NCBI GenBank assembly: GCA_937876275.1 | Contig: CALFIA010000016.1 | Location: 1 to 35,043 of the forward strand | DNA length: 35,043 nucleotides | Direction of reading: 5' to 3' | From: an uncultured Actinomycetes bacterium | Lineage (GTDB): Bacteria > Actinomycetota > Actinomycetes > S36-B12 | Shown: positions 1 through 9,675 of the stretch, piece after piece | Position numbering within the stretch: the first letter of the stretch is position 1 | Layout of the letters: each line of letters starts with the position of its first letter | Made by a program: the position numbers and the translations under genes | The notes under the pieces: model-generated | Told to the model about the DNA's origin: nothing | Databases searched by the model: none | Seen by the model: the letters and a program-made list of their open reading frames with translations, nothing else

Positions 1-1884
1 CTTGCTGCTGCCCTGCGCACGGACTCCGGAGTCGATGACCTCCTGGCGCGCTTCGATCGCTGGGGCCCGGATCTATGGAATGGCCTCGTCGGTGCCTATG
101 ACGCCGAAACCGTTCTTCCTCGCTTCGTCGAGTTGATTGCCCAGGCTCATCGCGATCGCAGTGCGGCCCTGCGGGCACGCGATACCGAGCGGCTGCTCCA
201 GCCCGACTGGTTCCAACGGCCCGAGGCACTCGGCTACGTCGCCTACGCCGATCGCTTCGCCGGAGATCTCGCGGGCGTGCAGTCGCATATCGATTACCTC
301 AGCGATCTCGGCGTCACCTACTTGCACTTGATGCCGCTGCTCGAGCCGCGCCCCGCTCCGAATGACGGTGGCTATGCCGTCATGGACTACCGCAAGGTAC
401 GCAGCGATCTGGGCACCATGGAAAACCTTCGCGAGCTTGCCTCGGCACTTCACGAAGCCGGCATCGCGTTAACCCTCGACCTCGTTCTCAATCACGTGGC
501 GCAGGAGCATGAGTGGGCAGTCGCGGCACGCAAGGGTGATGCCGCCAAGCGCGAGTACTTCCTCACGTATCCCGACCGCGAGATGCCCGATCAGTACGAG
601 CGATCACTCCCCGAGGTGTTCCCGACTTTCGCCCCCGGCAACTTCACGTGGGATGACTCACTGAACTCCTGGGTCTGGACAACCTTCAACACGTGGCAGT
701 GGGATCTCAACTGGGCGAACCCCGATGTGCTCTGCGAGTTCGCCGACATAATCTTGTTCCTTGCCAACCAGGGCGTCGACTGCGTGCGCCTGGATGCCAT
801 TGCCTTCCTCTGGAAGCGAATGGGCACCAACTGCCAAGGCGAGCCTGAGGTGCATGCCATTACGCAGGCGCTTCGTGCAGCAGCGCGAATCGCGACTCCC
901 GCATTGATCTTCAAGGCCGAGGCCATCGTCGGGCCTGATGATGTCGTGAAGTACCTCGGCGTCGGTGAGCATGCCGGCCGCATCTCCGACCTGGCGTACC
1001 ACAACTCGCTCATGGTCCAGATCTGGTCCGCATTCGCCATGCACGATGCGCGACTGCTCACCGCATCACTCAATCGATTCGCGCAGATTCCATCCACCAC
1101 TGCATGGGGCACTTACCTGCGCTGCCACGACGACATCGGCTGGGCGATCGATGATCGCGATGCGAATAGCCAGGGTTTCGATGGAGGCGCCCACCGAGCC
1201 TTCCTCGCCGAGTACTACGCAGGCGAGTTCGACGGCAGCCCTTCGCGCGGCGCTCACTTCCAGAGCAATCCGCTCACCGGCGACCGCCGTACTTCTGGCT
1301 CTGCCGCGAGCCTCGCAGGCGTCGAGTCAGCTCTCGACTCTCACGACGAGGCGGCACTCACCCTCGCCATCGACAAGGTGCTCTGCGGATACGCCATCGT
1401 CCTCGGCTTCGGCGGCATCCCGCTGATCTACATGGGCGACGAGATCGGCCTGCTCAACGACTACGCATTCGTCAATGAACCTGAGCACGCGGCCGACAAC
1501 CGCTGGCTGCATCGGCCGCTCATGGACTGGCCCCGTGCGAACGCAGCGCGCACTTCCTCTGATTACTCCGGTCGACTCCTGCGCGGCCTGACCGAGCTGA
1601 TCGAGGCACGCAAGGACTGTGATGCCCTGCATGCCGCCACGCCACCAGAGATCTTCCATAGCGCCGACTCGGCAATTCTCGTGCTGCGCCGGCGTCATCC
1701 CGGTGGCGCCGTGGTGCAGGTGTTCAACATGGCCGGCACTCCCCGCGAGCTCTCTGCTGAGTCGCTTTGGCCTCTCAATGTCACCCAGCTTCGAGATCTG
1801 ATCACCGGAAGTTCGGTGAGCCTGTCGGGCGCACGTCTGCGTCTGCCGGCCTACGGCTCCCTCTGGCTGGTCGACACTCCCTGA
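1..1884 (+). CDS. GH13 alpha-amylase-family enzyme, amylosucrase-like (N-terminus off-window)
   Basis: Frame 1 is open from base 1, and the listed start at 133 is only a TTG, so the true start lies upstream of the window. GH13 signature regions are present: DLVLNHVA, GVDCVRLDAIAF, FKAEAIV, RCHDDIGW. The N-terminal part (DRFAGDLAGV..YLSDLGVTYLHLMPLL..NDGGYAV.DY) resembles Neisseria-type amylosucrase by eye. Confidence 0.85.
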   Translation, partial: LAAALRTDSGVDDLLARFDRWGPDLWNGLVGAYDAETVLPRFVELIAQAHRDRSAALRARDTERLLQPDWFQRPEALGYVAYADRFAGDLAGVQSHIDYLSDLGVTYLHLMPLLEPRPAPNDGGYAVMDYRKVRSDLGTMENLRELASALHEAGIALTLDLVLNHVAQEHEWAVAARKGDAAKREYFLTYPDREMPDQYERSLPEVFPTFAPGNFTWDDSLNSWVWTTFNTWQWDLNWANPDVLCEFADIILFLANQGVDCVRLDAIAFLWKRMGTNCQGEPEVHAITQALRAAARIATPALIFKAEAIVGPDDVVKYLGVGEHAGRISDLAYHNSLMVQIWSAFAMHDARLLTASLNRFAQIPSTTAWGTYLRCHDDIGWAIDDRDANSQGFDGGAHRAFLAEYYAGEFDGSPSRGAHFQSNPLTGDRRTSGSAASLAGVESALDSHDEAALTLAIDKVLCGYAIVLGFGGIPLIYMGDEIGLLNDYAFVNEPEHAADNRWLHRPLMDWPRANAARTSSDYSGRLLRGLTELIEARKDCDALHAATPPEIFHSADSAILVLRRRHPGGAVVQVFNMAGTPRELSAESLWPLNVTQLRDLITGSSVSLSGARLRLPAYGSLWLVDTP

Positions 1885-1946
1885 CCGTGACCAACTGAAC
1901 ACCGGCCGGGCTATCGACGCGGCTGCCGCCGACCTACGCTTACACG

Positions 1947-3611
1947 GTGACTGACTTCCTGTACACCGACATGCTTCCGCTCGGCCCCGACCAGACCACG
2001 TACCGCTTGCTCACGTCCGAAGGCGTCGAGACGGTCGAGGCGGCAGGCCGCACCTTCCTCCAGGTGAGTCCGGAGGCACTGCGCCTGCTCGCCTACGAGG
2101 CGATCCACGACATCCAGCACCTGCTGCGCCCCGGCCACCTGGCCCAGCTGGCCACGATCCTCAAGGATCCCGAGGCCTCGGCCAATGATCGCTTCGTGGC
2201 TCTTGATCTGCTCAAGAACGCGAACATCTCCGCCGGCGGCATCCTGCCGATGTGCCAGGACACCGGCACCGCGATCGTGATGGGCAAGCGCGGCCAGAAC
2301 GTCTGGACCACCGGGCAAGACGAAGAGCACCTGTCACGCGGCATCTTCGACGCTTACCAGAAGCTGAACCTGCGCTACTCGCAACTGTCGCCCATCAGCA
2401 TGTGGGAGGAGCGCAACACCGGCTCGAACCTGCCGGCGCAGATCGAGCTCTATGCCAATACGCATGCGGGTCACGAGGCGTCGTACGAGTTCCTCTTCAT
2501 GGCCAAGGGCGGCGGCAGCGCGAACAAGAGCTACCTCTACCAGGAGACCGCGGCACTGCTGAACCCGACGAGCTTCGCGCGTTTCCTCGACGAGAAGCTG
2601 CGCTCACTGGGCACTGCCGCGTGCCCGCCGTACCACCTTGCCGTGGTCGTCGGCGGTACGAGCGCGGAGTTCGCACTCAAGACCGCGAAGTATGCGAGCG
2701 CTCGCTACCTCGACTCGCTGCCGGTGCATGGTGATGCCGACGGCCATGCGTACCGCGATCTCGAGATGGAAGCCGAGATCTGGAAGATGACTCAGGAGTT
2801 CGGCATCGGTGCGCAGTTCGGCGGTAAGTACTTCTGCCACGACGTGCGTGTCATTCGCCTGCCGCGACATGGTGCATCGTGCCCGGTCGCAATCGCCGTC
2901 TCCTGCTCTGCCGACCGCCAAGCACTCGCAAAGATCACTTCGGAGGGCGTATTCCTCGAGCAACTCGAAACCGAGCCCGCTCACTACCTGCCCGAGATCA
3001 CCGATGCTCACCTCGACGATGACGTCGTCGCAATCGATCTCAACCAACCGATGGATCAAATCCGCAACACGCTCTCGAAACTGCCGGTGAAGACTCGAGT
3101 CTCGCTGACCGGATCGCTCATCGTCGCGCGCGATCTCGCACATGCGCGCGTCAAGGGCATGCTCGATCGTGGGGAAGAAATCCCGCAGTACTTCAAGGAT
3201 CACGCGGTTTACTACGCCGGCCCGGCCAAGACCCCTGAGGGCTACGCCTCTGGCTCATTCGGCCCGACCACTGCAGGTCGCATGGATACCTACGTCGATC
3301 AATTCCAAAAAGCCGGTGGCTCAATGGTGATGCTGGCGAAGGGCAATCGCAGCAATGCGGTCACGAAGGCCTGCCAGGAGAACGGCGGCTTCTACCTCGG
3401 CAGCATCGGTGGTCCGGCCGCACGACTCGCCCAGGACAACATCACCAAGGTCGAGGTTCTCGACTTCGCCGAGCTGGGCATGGAAGCCGTCTGGAAGATC
3501 GAGGTTGTCGACTTCCCGGCATTCATCGTGGTCGACGACAAGGGCAATGACTTCTTCGCCGAGACGATGAAGCCGATCCTGTCGATCGGCATGGGAGCAC
3601 CGAAGCAGTAA
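1947..3611 (+). CDS. fumA: class I (Fe-S dependent) fumarate hydratase
   Basis: 554 aa, colinear by eye with E. coli FumA. Shared blocks: [113 protein letters not shown] start. Confidence 0.95.
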   Translation: MTDFLYTDMLPLGPDQTTYRLLTSEGVETVEAAGRTFLQVSPEALRLLAYEAIHDIQHLLRPGHLAQLATILKDPEASANDRFVALDLLKNANISAGGILPMCQDTGTAIVMGKRGQNVWTTGQDEEHLSRGIFDAYQKLNLRYSQLSPISMWEERNTGSNLPAQIELYANTHAGHEASYEFLFMAKGGGSANKSYLYQETAALLNPTSFARFLDEKLRSLGTAACPPYHLAVVVGGTSAEFALKTAKYASARYLDSLPVHGDADGHAYRDLEMEAEIWKMTQEFGIGAQFGGKYFCHDVRVIRLPRHGASCPVAIAVSCSADRQALAKITSEGVFLEQLETEPAHYLPEITDAHLDDDVVAIDLNQPMDQIRNTLSKLPVKTRVSLTGSLIVARDLAHARVKGMLDRGEEIPQYFKDHAVYYAGPAKTPEGYASGSFGPTTAGRMDTYVDQFQKAGGSMVMLAKGNRSNAVTKACQENGGFYLGSIGGPAARLAQDNITKVEVLDFAELGMEAVWKIEVVDFPAFIVVDDKGNDFFAETMKPILSIGMGAPKQ

Positions 3612-4505
3612 CTAGCGCTTCTGGTTCTTCTTTGCTGCTGCCGCCTTCTTCTTCGCGGCAGCTGCTTTCTTCGCCTTGGCCTTGGCTACTGCTTTGGCGT
3701 GCGCCTTCTGCTTTGCGACAGCCTTCGCGTGTGCCTTCTTCTTCGCTAGAGCCTTAGCCTTCGCTGCGGCCTTTGCTGCTGCCTTCGGGTGAGCCTTGGC
3801 CCAGGCCTTCTTCTTCGCGGCAGCCTTGGCCTTTGCCTTCGCGAGTGCCACGGCATGCGCGTGCTTGGCCGCCGCAGCCTTGGCGGCTGCCACCTTCGCC
3901 GCCTTGATCTGGGCGGGTGAGAGCCAGCAGAGGCCGCCCCAATGGCTGCGACCCTTGCCTTCGCGCCAGATAGTGAAGAACGCACGGTCCTGCCAGTAGC
4001 GGTTCCACTTGGCGACCGGCGTCTTGCGCAAGGTGCTGAGGATCTTCAGCCCCTCGTCTCCGAACTGCTTTTGCACGGACGGCTGCATCATCCAGGTCAC
4101 GCCACGACCGAGGGGTCGACTCAACTGGTACGCGCCCTGGTAGTAGCTGCGAGTGCCGCCTGAGGCGTAGTTGCCGTGGCTCTCGCGCTTGGCGATGCAG
4201 AGCCGATTCTTCTCCGCCGCGTAGCTGTAGCCCGCCCCCTGGTAAAGGCTGGCCATCAGACCACGGCGATCAGCCGCCGCACCCTTGCCCAGTGCGTAAC
4301 TTCGCTCGCGCTCCAAGGGCGACGAGGCGTTGGTGACGGTAGGTACCGCCGGGGCAGCCGCTGGGTCTGAGGATGCCGGGGCCGCAGTCGCTACCGACGT
4401 GGTGTCGCCCTCAGCGGCCACGGCAGCAGGGGCGAGCACCGCGCCGAGGCCGAAGGCCCCGAGGGTGAGCGCCGCCACCGTGACGGTCTGGAGCCGGTTG
4501 AGCAT
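3612..4505 (-). CDS. secreted lysozyme-like/transglycosylase-like domain protein with Ala/Lys-rich C-terminal tail
   Basis: The ATG at 4505 gives MLNRLQTVTVAALTLGAFGLGAVLAPAAVAAEG, a Sec-type signal; the listed start at 4580 is a TTG with no RBS. The core CIAKRESHGNY..YYQGAYQLS resembles the C..RES.GN...G.YQ motif of Rpf/Apf/IsaA-type transglycosylase-like domains. The last 100 aa are almost entirely A, K and H. Confidence 0.7.
   Translation of the reverse strand: MLNRLQTVTVAALTLGAFGLGAVLAPAAVAAEGDTTSVATAAPASSDPAAAPAVPTVTNASSPLERERSYALGKGAAADRRGLMASLYQGAGYSYAAEKNRLCIAKRESHGNYASGGTRSYYQGAYQLSRPLGRGVTWMMQPSVQKQFGDEGLKILSTLRKTPVAKWNRYWQDRAFFTIWREGKGRSHWGGLCWLSPAQIKAAKVAAAKAAAAKHAHAVALAKAKAKAAAKKKAWAKAHPKAAAKAAAKAKALAKKKAHAKAVAKQKAHAKAVAKAKAKKAAAAKKKAAAAKKNQKR
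3615..3914 (-). repeat. low-complexity coding repeat encoding the AKKA-type tail (about 100 aa)
   Basis: Translation: AQIKAAKVAAAKAAAAKHAHAVALAKAKAKAAAKKKAWAKAHPKAAAKAAAKAKALAKKKAHAKAVAKQKAHAKAVAKAKAKKAAAAKKKAAAAKKNQKR. The unit KAHAKAVAK occurs twice. The DNA is a run of gcc/ctt/ggc triplets. Confidence 0.85.
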
Positions 4506-4664
4506 GTACCTACGGTGCCTAAGAAAGCCGTTTCTGTCACCTTCGATTGCCTGCAACACCGTCACAGGGAAAAGGGACAAAGGGGACTTAGGTCGTGGAT
4601 CTCCCCCATAATCCGCCTATGGAGTGACGGTGGTCACATTTGTCGATCTCAGCCGTAATTCGGC

Positions 4665-5966
4665 TCAGATCTGGATGTCCTCGAGCATCTCGGTGACCAG
4701 CGCGGCGATCGGCGACCGCTCGGAACGAGTAAGCGTCACGTGCGCGAAGAGTGGGTGACCCTTGAGCTTCTCGACCACCGCGACCACGCCGTCATGGCGT
4801 CCGACCCTCAGGTTGTCGCGCTGAGCTACGTCATGGGTGAGAACCACGCGGGAGTCCTTACCGATGCGCGACAGCACGGTCAGCAGAACATTGCGCTCGA
4901 GCGACTGGGCCTCGTCGACGATGACGAAGGCATCATGCAAGGAGCGTCCGCGGATGTGGGTGAGGGGCAAGACCTCGAGCATTCCGCGATCGACGATCTC
5001 CTCGACGACCTCCTGAGTAGTGATAGCGCTCAGGGTGTCATAGACCGCCTGGCCCCACGGTCCCATCTTCTCCTGCTCACTGCCGGGCAAGTAGCCGAGT
5101 TCTTGGCCGCCGACTGCGAAGAGCGGACGGAACACCATGACCTTGCGGTGCTGCTGACGCTCGAGCACTGCCTCAAGGCCGGCACACAGTGCGAGCGCAC
5201 TCTTACCCGTGCCTGCACGGCCACCGAGCGAGACGATGCCGATGTCGGGATCCATCAAGATGTCGAGCGCAATGCGCTGCTCCGCACTTCGACCGTGAAT
5301 GCCAAATGCTTCGCGATCGCCGCGCACCAATCGCACGCGCTTGTCAGCCGTCACGCGACCGAGTGCGCTGCCGCGATCCGACATCATCACCAGTCCGGTG
5401 TTGACGGGAAGGTCAATGGCGTCGTCGACGTCAACGATGTTCTCTTCGTACATCGTGTCGATGGTTTCCGATGAGACATCGAGTTCGACGATGCCGGTAT
5501 AGCCGGATGCGACGACAAGCTCTGCACGGTATTCCTCGGCAGTAAGACCGGCAGCCGATGCCTTGACGCGCATCGGAAGGTCCTTGCTGACCAGGATGAC
5601 GTCGTGACCGTCTGCCGCAAGATTGCGCGCGACAGCAAGAATGCGAGTGTCATTGTCACCGAGTCGCAGGCCGCTCGGGAGGATCATCGGATCGCTGTGA
5701 TTGAGTTCGATATGCACCGTGCCACCGGCATCACCGACTGACATCGGCTCATCAATACGACCGTGCGCGATGCGCAGTTCATCAAGCAGCCGAAGGGCAT
5801 GCCGAGCGAAGTACCCAAGTTCGGGATGGCTGCGTTTCGCCTCGAGCTCGGTGACCACGACAACCGGGATGACGACGTCATGCTCATCGAACCGCAGGAG
5901 TGCTCGCGGGTCAGACAGCAGTACGGACGTATCGAGGACGTAAGTGCGGCGGTCTGCCTTGGGCAC
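4665..5966 (-). CDS. phoH2: PIN-domain plus PhoH-like ATPase fusion protein (PhoH2)
   Basis: The N-terminus [24 protein letters not shown] is a PIN-like fold. The C-terminus carries Walker A ([12 protein letters not shown]) and the PhoH-type FVIVDEAQ box. GTG start with AGGAGG 7 nt upstream. Confidence 0.9.
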   Translation of the reverse strand: MPKADRRTYVLDTSVLLSDPRALLRFDEHDVVIPVVVVTELEAKRSHPELGYFARHALRLLDELRIAHGRIDEPMSVGDAGGTVHIELNHSDPMILPSGLRLGDNDTRILAVARNLAADGHDVILVSKDLPMRVKASAAGLTAEEYRAELVVASGYTGIVELDVSSETIDTMYEENIVDVDDAIDLPVNTGLVMMSDRGSALGRVTADKRVRLVRGDREAFGIHGRSAEQRIALDILMDPDIGIVSLGGRAGTGKSALALCAGLEAVLERQQHRKVMVFRPLFAVGGQELGYLPGSEQEKMGPWGQAVYDTLSAITTQEVVEEIVDRGMLEVLPLTHIRGRSLHDAFVIVDEAQSLERNVLLTVLSRIGKDSRVVLTHDVAQRDNLRVGRHDGVVAVVEKLKGHPLFAHVTLTRSERSPIAALVTEMLEDIQI

Positions 5967-6114
5967 GAGGGGCCTCCTGGTGGGCCACCGTCGGGTGCGC
6001 CCGAGATCGGATACGAGCGGGCGGCTGCCTGCTCTGCCCTGACGCTAGGACTGCCTACCGCCTGCCGACTCCCGACACGCCGCGCGTGAAAGTGAGCACG
6101 AGGTTGCTTTCAGG

Positions 6115-6876
6115 TTACGTGCCGTAGCGGCGATTGCGATCGGCGAAGGCTCGCATGGCACGCAGGAAGTCGACGTGCCGAAAATCGGGCCAGTAAGCCT
6201 CGCAGAAGTAGAACTCGGAGTGTGCGCTCTGCCAGAGAAGGAAGCCAGAGAGTCGCTGCTCACCGGAGGTTCGGATTACGAGATCGGGGTCGGGCTGGCC
6301 GCTGGTGTACAGGTGCTGGGCGATGTGATCGACATCGACCAGTTGGGCGAGTTCGTCAAGAGTGGTGCCTGCGGTTGCGTGCTCATTGAGAAGTGCCTTT
6401 ACTGCATCAACAACTTCGCGGCGCCCGCCGTAGCCGACCGCGACATTGACGAGAGAACCGTCGATACCCGCAGTGGCCAACTCCGCTTCCCGCAGAAGCG
6501 TCCGGGTCTGCTCGGGAAGGGTGTCTAGGGCGCCGACCGGGTGCAGACGCCACTTTCCCTGGCCGACGAGATCGGAGACGGTGTCTTCGATGATGCCGAG
6601 GAGTGCAGTGAGCTCAGCCTCGGGGCGATTGAGGTTGTCAGTGGAGAGCAGCCACAAGGTGACGACCTCGACTCCGGCCTCATCGCACCAGCCCAGAAAG
6701 TCGACGATCTTGGCCGCGCCGGCTCGGTGACCTGCGGAAGAGGAGGAGCCCTGAGCTTCGGCCCAGCGTCGATTGCCGTCGAGGATCACGCCTACGTGGC
6801 GAGGACGACGCTCCGGCGGGATCTGCGCCATGAGACGGCGCTCATACACGCCGTAGAGAACATCGGAGAGACCCAC
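6115..6876 (-). CDS. cis-prenyltransferase (UppS family), Rv1086-like short-chain Z-isoprenyl diphosphate synthase
   Basis: Motifs RPRHVGVILDGNRRWA, LLSTDNL and YTSGQPDPDLVIRTSGEQRLSGFLLWQSAHSE. The C-terminus matches M. tuberculosis Rv1086 as I remember that sequence. GTG start. Confidence 0.9.
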   Translation of the reverse strand: MGLSDVLYGVYERRLMAQIPPERRPRHVGVILDGNRRWAEAQGSSSSAGHRAGAAKIVDFLGWCDEAGVEVVTLWLLSTDNLNRPEAELTALLGIIEDTVSDLVGQGKWRLHPVGALDTLPEQTRTLLREAELATAGIDGSLVNVAVGYGGRREVVDAVKALLNEHATAGTTLDELAQLVDVDHIAQHLYTSGQPDPDLVIRTSGEQRLSGFLLWQSAHSEFYFCEAYWPDFRHVDFLRAMRAFADRNRRYGT

Positions 6877-6891
6877 GCCCGAAGGTTACCT

Positions 6892-8898
6892 CTAAAGGGC
6901 CTCGAGCCGAGTGCGCATGGAGGATGCATCGGTCACCGGCGCTGTGCAGACGAATCCGCGGCAGATGTACGCCGCGGCCTTGCCATCGACGAGAGATCTG
7001 TCGCGCATCAGGGGAACATCCGGATCACCCCAGGCGACAACCGTGCCCGGCAACGGCACGAATCGTGCGGCCGCGAGCAGGTCATCGAAGCCATCGTCGC
7101 CCGGTGTGCCCACGACCGCGATTTCCACCGGCCCGGCAAGAAGTGCGGAGGCGGCGACCAATCCCCAGCCGGCGACGCGAGGCGCACGCGAGGCGAGCAT
7201 TGTGACGATGCGGAGTGCTTCCTCGGCAATCACGCGATATTCCGTAAGCCCGGTGATGGCTGAATATGTGACGCAGGCGTTGGCCACAGCGAACCACCCC
7301 GACGGCTCGGCGTTGTCGGACGGATCTCGAGGGCGAATGATCAGCTGCTCGGCATCATCAGCCGTGTCATAGAAACCGCCCTCATCGTCAGCGAAATGCT
7401 GAATAGCGACATCGAGCAGCAACCCGGCGAACATCAGCCACTCGTCATTGCCGGTCGCTTGATAGAGCGCAAGCAGGCCTTCGGCGACACTTCCGTAGTC
7501 ATCCAGCACCCCAGCGCTGGTGCCGGGGCGTCCATCGCGCGACGTTCGTGCGAGTCGGTCGTCACCTGCGGCACCCAGATGAACGGAGATCAGCAGATCA
7601 GCGGCTTCGACTGCTGCCTCAATCCAGGCGGGCTCATTGAGCAGAACACCTGCATCAGCGAGAGCCGCAATCGCCAGGCCGTTCCATGACGCCACGACCT
7701 TGTCGTCACGGCCCGGATGCACACGCAGTTCGCGCGCCGCAAACAGCGCAGCACGAATACGAGTCCACCGGCCGAGATCCGACGAGTCATGGAGCATCTG
7801 CAGTGTTGATGAGCCGTGCTCGAACGTGCCCTCGGGGGTGACCTCGAGAAGTGCGGCTGCCCACGCACCGTCGTCCTCACCCAGCACTTCAGTGAGTTCC
7901 GCAGGAGTCCAGGCATAGAACTTGCCTTCCACCCCTTCGCTGTCAGCATCGAGCGCCGCAGCGAATCCGCCTTCGGCGGTACGCAGGTCACGCAGCAAGA
8001 ACTCGGCCGTCTCGCGCACGATGCGATGGGCAAGTGGATCAGCCGTGAGGCGATACCAGTGGGCATAGACGCGCAACAAGAGAGCGTTGTCGTACAGCAT
8101 CTTCTCGAAGTGCGGAACCACCCAGTCAGCATCGACGCTATAACGAGCAAAGCCGCCGCCGAGCTGGTCATACATGCCACCGCGCGCCATCGCCTCGAGA
8201 GTTGTCGATGCCATCAGGTAGCTCTCACCGACACCCGTGCGTGCAGTTTCACGAAGCAAGAACTCCAGCAGCATTGACGGAGGGAACTTTGGCGCTCCGC
8301 CGAAGCCGCCCTTAGCCGCATCGAAATCTCCCTTAAGCAATTCGATCGCACGTGCGAGTACACCAGCGTCCGGCACCTCGTCATCGGATTGCAGCAAGCG
8401 GCGCTCGCCGAGCGCGCTGCCGATGCGATCAGCCGCCGAGATGATGTCACCGCGCCCGGAGTTCCAGGCATCGGAGATGCCGGTTATCAGTTGAGGGAAT
8501 GAGGGCATGCCGTGCGCAGGCCGCGGCGGAAAGTACGTGCCGGCGTAGAACGGTCGCGCATCGTGATCGATGAACACGCTCATCGGCCAGCCGCCGTGAC
8601 CCGTCAGTGCAACAGTGGCGTCCATGTAGACCGAGTCGACATCGGGGCGCTCTTCACGATCAACCTTGATCGACACGAAGTTCTCATTCAGGTATTCGGC
8701 CATGGCGTCGTTCTCGAAGCACTCGTGGGCCATGACGTGGCACCAGTGGCACGCGCTGTAGCCAATCGACAGGAAGATCGGCACATCGCGCCGACGAGCC
8801 TCCTCAAATGCCTCCGGCGACCACTCCCACCAGTCGACCGGATTCTCGGCATGCTGCTGGAGATACGGGGACGTGGAATTCGCGAGCCGGTTCGACAT
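6892..8898 (-). CDS. thioredoxin-domain protein, YyaL/DUF255 (SSP411-like) family
   Basis: 668 aa. The N-terminus SPYLQQHAENPVDWWEWSPEAFEEARRRDVPIFLSIGYSACHWCHVM is the DUF255 thioredoxin-like signature. A long alpha/alpha-toroid-like C-terminal part follows. Confidence 0.9.
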   Translation of the reverse strand: MSNRLANSTSPYLQQHAENPVDWWEWSPEAFEEARRRDVPIFLSIGYSACHWCHVMAHECFENDAMAEYLNENFVSIKVDREERPDVDSVYMDATVALTGHGGWPMSVFIDHDARPFYAGTYFPPRPAHGMPSFPQLITGISDAWNSGRGDIISAADRIGSALGERRLLQSDDEVPDAGVLARAIELLKGDFDAAKGGFGGAPKFPPSMLLEFLLRETARTGVGESYLMASTTLEAMARGGMYDQLGGGFARYSVDADWVVPHFEKMLYDNALLLRVYAHWYRLTADPLAHRIVRETAEFLLRDLRTAEGGFAAALDADSEGVEGKFYAWTPAELTEVLGEDDGAWAAALLEVTPEGTFEHGSSTLQMLHDSSDLGRWTRIRAALFAARELRVHPGRDDKVVASWNGLAIAALADAGVLLNEPAWIEAAVEAADLLISVHLGAAGDDRLARTSRDGRPGTSAGVLDDYGSVAEGLLALYQATGNDEWLMFAGLLLDVAIQHFADDEGGFYDTADDAEQLIIRPRDPSDNAEPSGWFAVANACVTYSAITGLTEYRVIAEEALRIVTMLASRAPRVAGWGLVAASALLAGPVEIAVVGTPGDDGFDDLLAAARFVPLPGTVVAWGDPDVPLMRDRSLVDGKAAAYICRGFVCTAPVTDASSMRTRLEAL

Positions 8899-8942
8899 TC
8901 ATGCATTCTCGCGCATCGGGCCGAGATCAGCTCAGGCCAGCA

Positions 8943-9647
8943 CTACCCCCCGGCGCCACCGTTGCCACCGGTCCCGGCAGTGCTTCCGGCGCCACCATTG
9001 CCTCCCACGCTTCCGGCGCCACCGTTACCACCGGCACCCGAGAACAGGCCCCCCGTACCGCCGTTGCCACCGTTACCGCCGTTACCGCCGTTTCCGCCAG
9101 TGCCGTCAATGAAGAGGCTGCCGCCGGTGAAGGCCGCGGGCGTGGTCAGTTTGCGCCAGTTGTCACCCTTCTCGGCGGGATCGTGCTGCCTACTTTCTCT
9201 GATCGCGGTAAAGATCAAGGTTCGATCGGAGGCGCGGTAACGAGGATTAGTGAGTGCAACGACCATTGACCCCGGCGCCTGGCCCGGTCGGTCATAGGTG
9301 AGCACAGCATTCGGCGGATCACCGTGGAACCAGGCAGTCCAGTTCGTATCGAGTGCCTTCGGACTGATGACGCTCGCATTTCGGAAGGGCCGGTCGGCGA
9401 ACATCGTGACGGGATCGACGCCGGTCAAGGTCAAGGTGAATCGCTCGTCAATTTGGGAACCATGGGAAAGCTGCTGGGTGCTGCCCGCTGCCGACTCCAC
9501 GGTGAATAGGAATGACTCGACTGACGTGGCGGCCGCATGGGTGACGGCTGCATCAGCCGGACTTGCGGAGATGCCGGCCAGCGCAATGCCCGTGACCGCA
9601 ATCCCGGTGACCGTGACTCGAATTCCATGTTCGCGTTGGCTGCTCAT
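8943..9647 (-). CDS. secreted protein of unknown function with C-terminal Gly-rich (GGN/GGA, PGRS-like) repeat
   Basis: The ATG start gives a signal-like N-terminus (MSSQREHGIRVTVTGIAVTGIALAGISASPADA/AV), then about 150 aa of unassigned domain, then 54 aa of GGNGG/GGAG repeats ending at the stop. The gene fills the gap between the yyaL-like gene and the GNAT gene. Confidence 0.65.
   Translation of the reverse strand: MSSQREHGIRVTVTGIAVTGIALAGISASPADAAVTHAAATSVESFLFTVESAAGSTQQLSHGSQIDERFTLTLTGVDPVTMFADRPFRNASVISPKALDTNWTAWFHGDPPNAVLTYDRPGQAPGSMVVALTNPRYRASDRTLIFTAIRESRQHDPAEKGDNWRKLTTPAAFTGGSLFIDGTGGNGGNGGNGGNGGTGGLFSGAGGNGGAGSVGGNGGAGSTAGTGGNGGAGG
8946..9107 (-). repeat. tandem-like 6-9 nt units encoding the (GGN)n/(GGA)n tail
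   Basis: The + strand reads ..ccgccgttgccaccgttaccgccgttaccgccgtttccgcc.. Translation on the minus strand: DGTGGNGGNGGNGGNGGTGGLFSGAGGNGGAGSVGGNGGAGSTAGTGGNGGAGG. Confidence 0.85.
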
Positions 9648-9656
9648 TCCTTCATG

Positions 9657-9675
9657 CTAGTTCCTAGTTCGAACT
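9657..9675. promoter_or_regulatory. tandem CTAGTTC x2 running into the perfect 10-bp palindrome AGTTCGAACT
   Basis: ctagttc (9657-9663), ctagttc (9664-9670), agttcgaact (9666-9675). It sits in the 102-nt divergent region between the Gly-rich secreted protein gene and the GNAT gene. Confidence 0.25.

Noticed and set aside
4740-5474. Long antisense or alternative-frame ORFs inside confirmed genes (also 591-1112, 6541-7263, 13226-14233, 17482-18096, 18699-19520, 22892-23659, 25901-26800, 28491-29255 and many shorter ones).
   Set aside because: All lie wholly inside genes with clear family signatures on the other strand or frame. Their translations are Arg/Ala/Pro/Gly-rich with no motifs, which is typical of open shadow frames in GC-rich genomes.
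8512-9240. 242-aa plus-strand ORF with a striking Pro-rich repeat (PPLPPLPPLPPFPP).
   Set aside because: It is the antisense reading of the Gly-rich repeat (GGN codons read backwards give Pro codons). It also overlaps 387 nt of the well-supported yyaL-like gene. This is a mirror-frame artefact of high-GC DNA.
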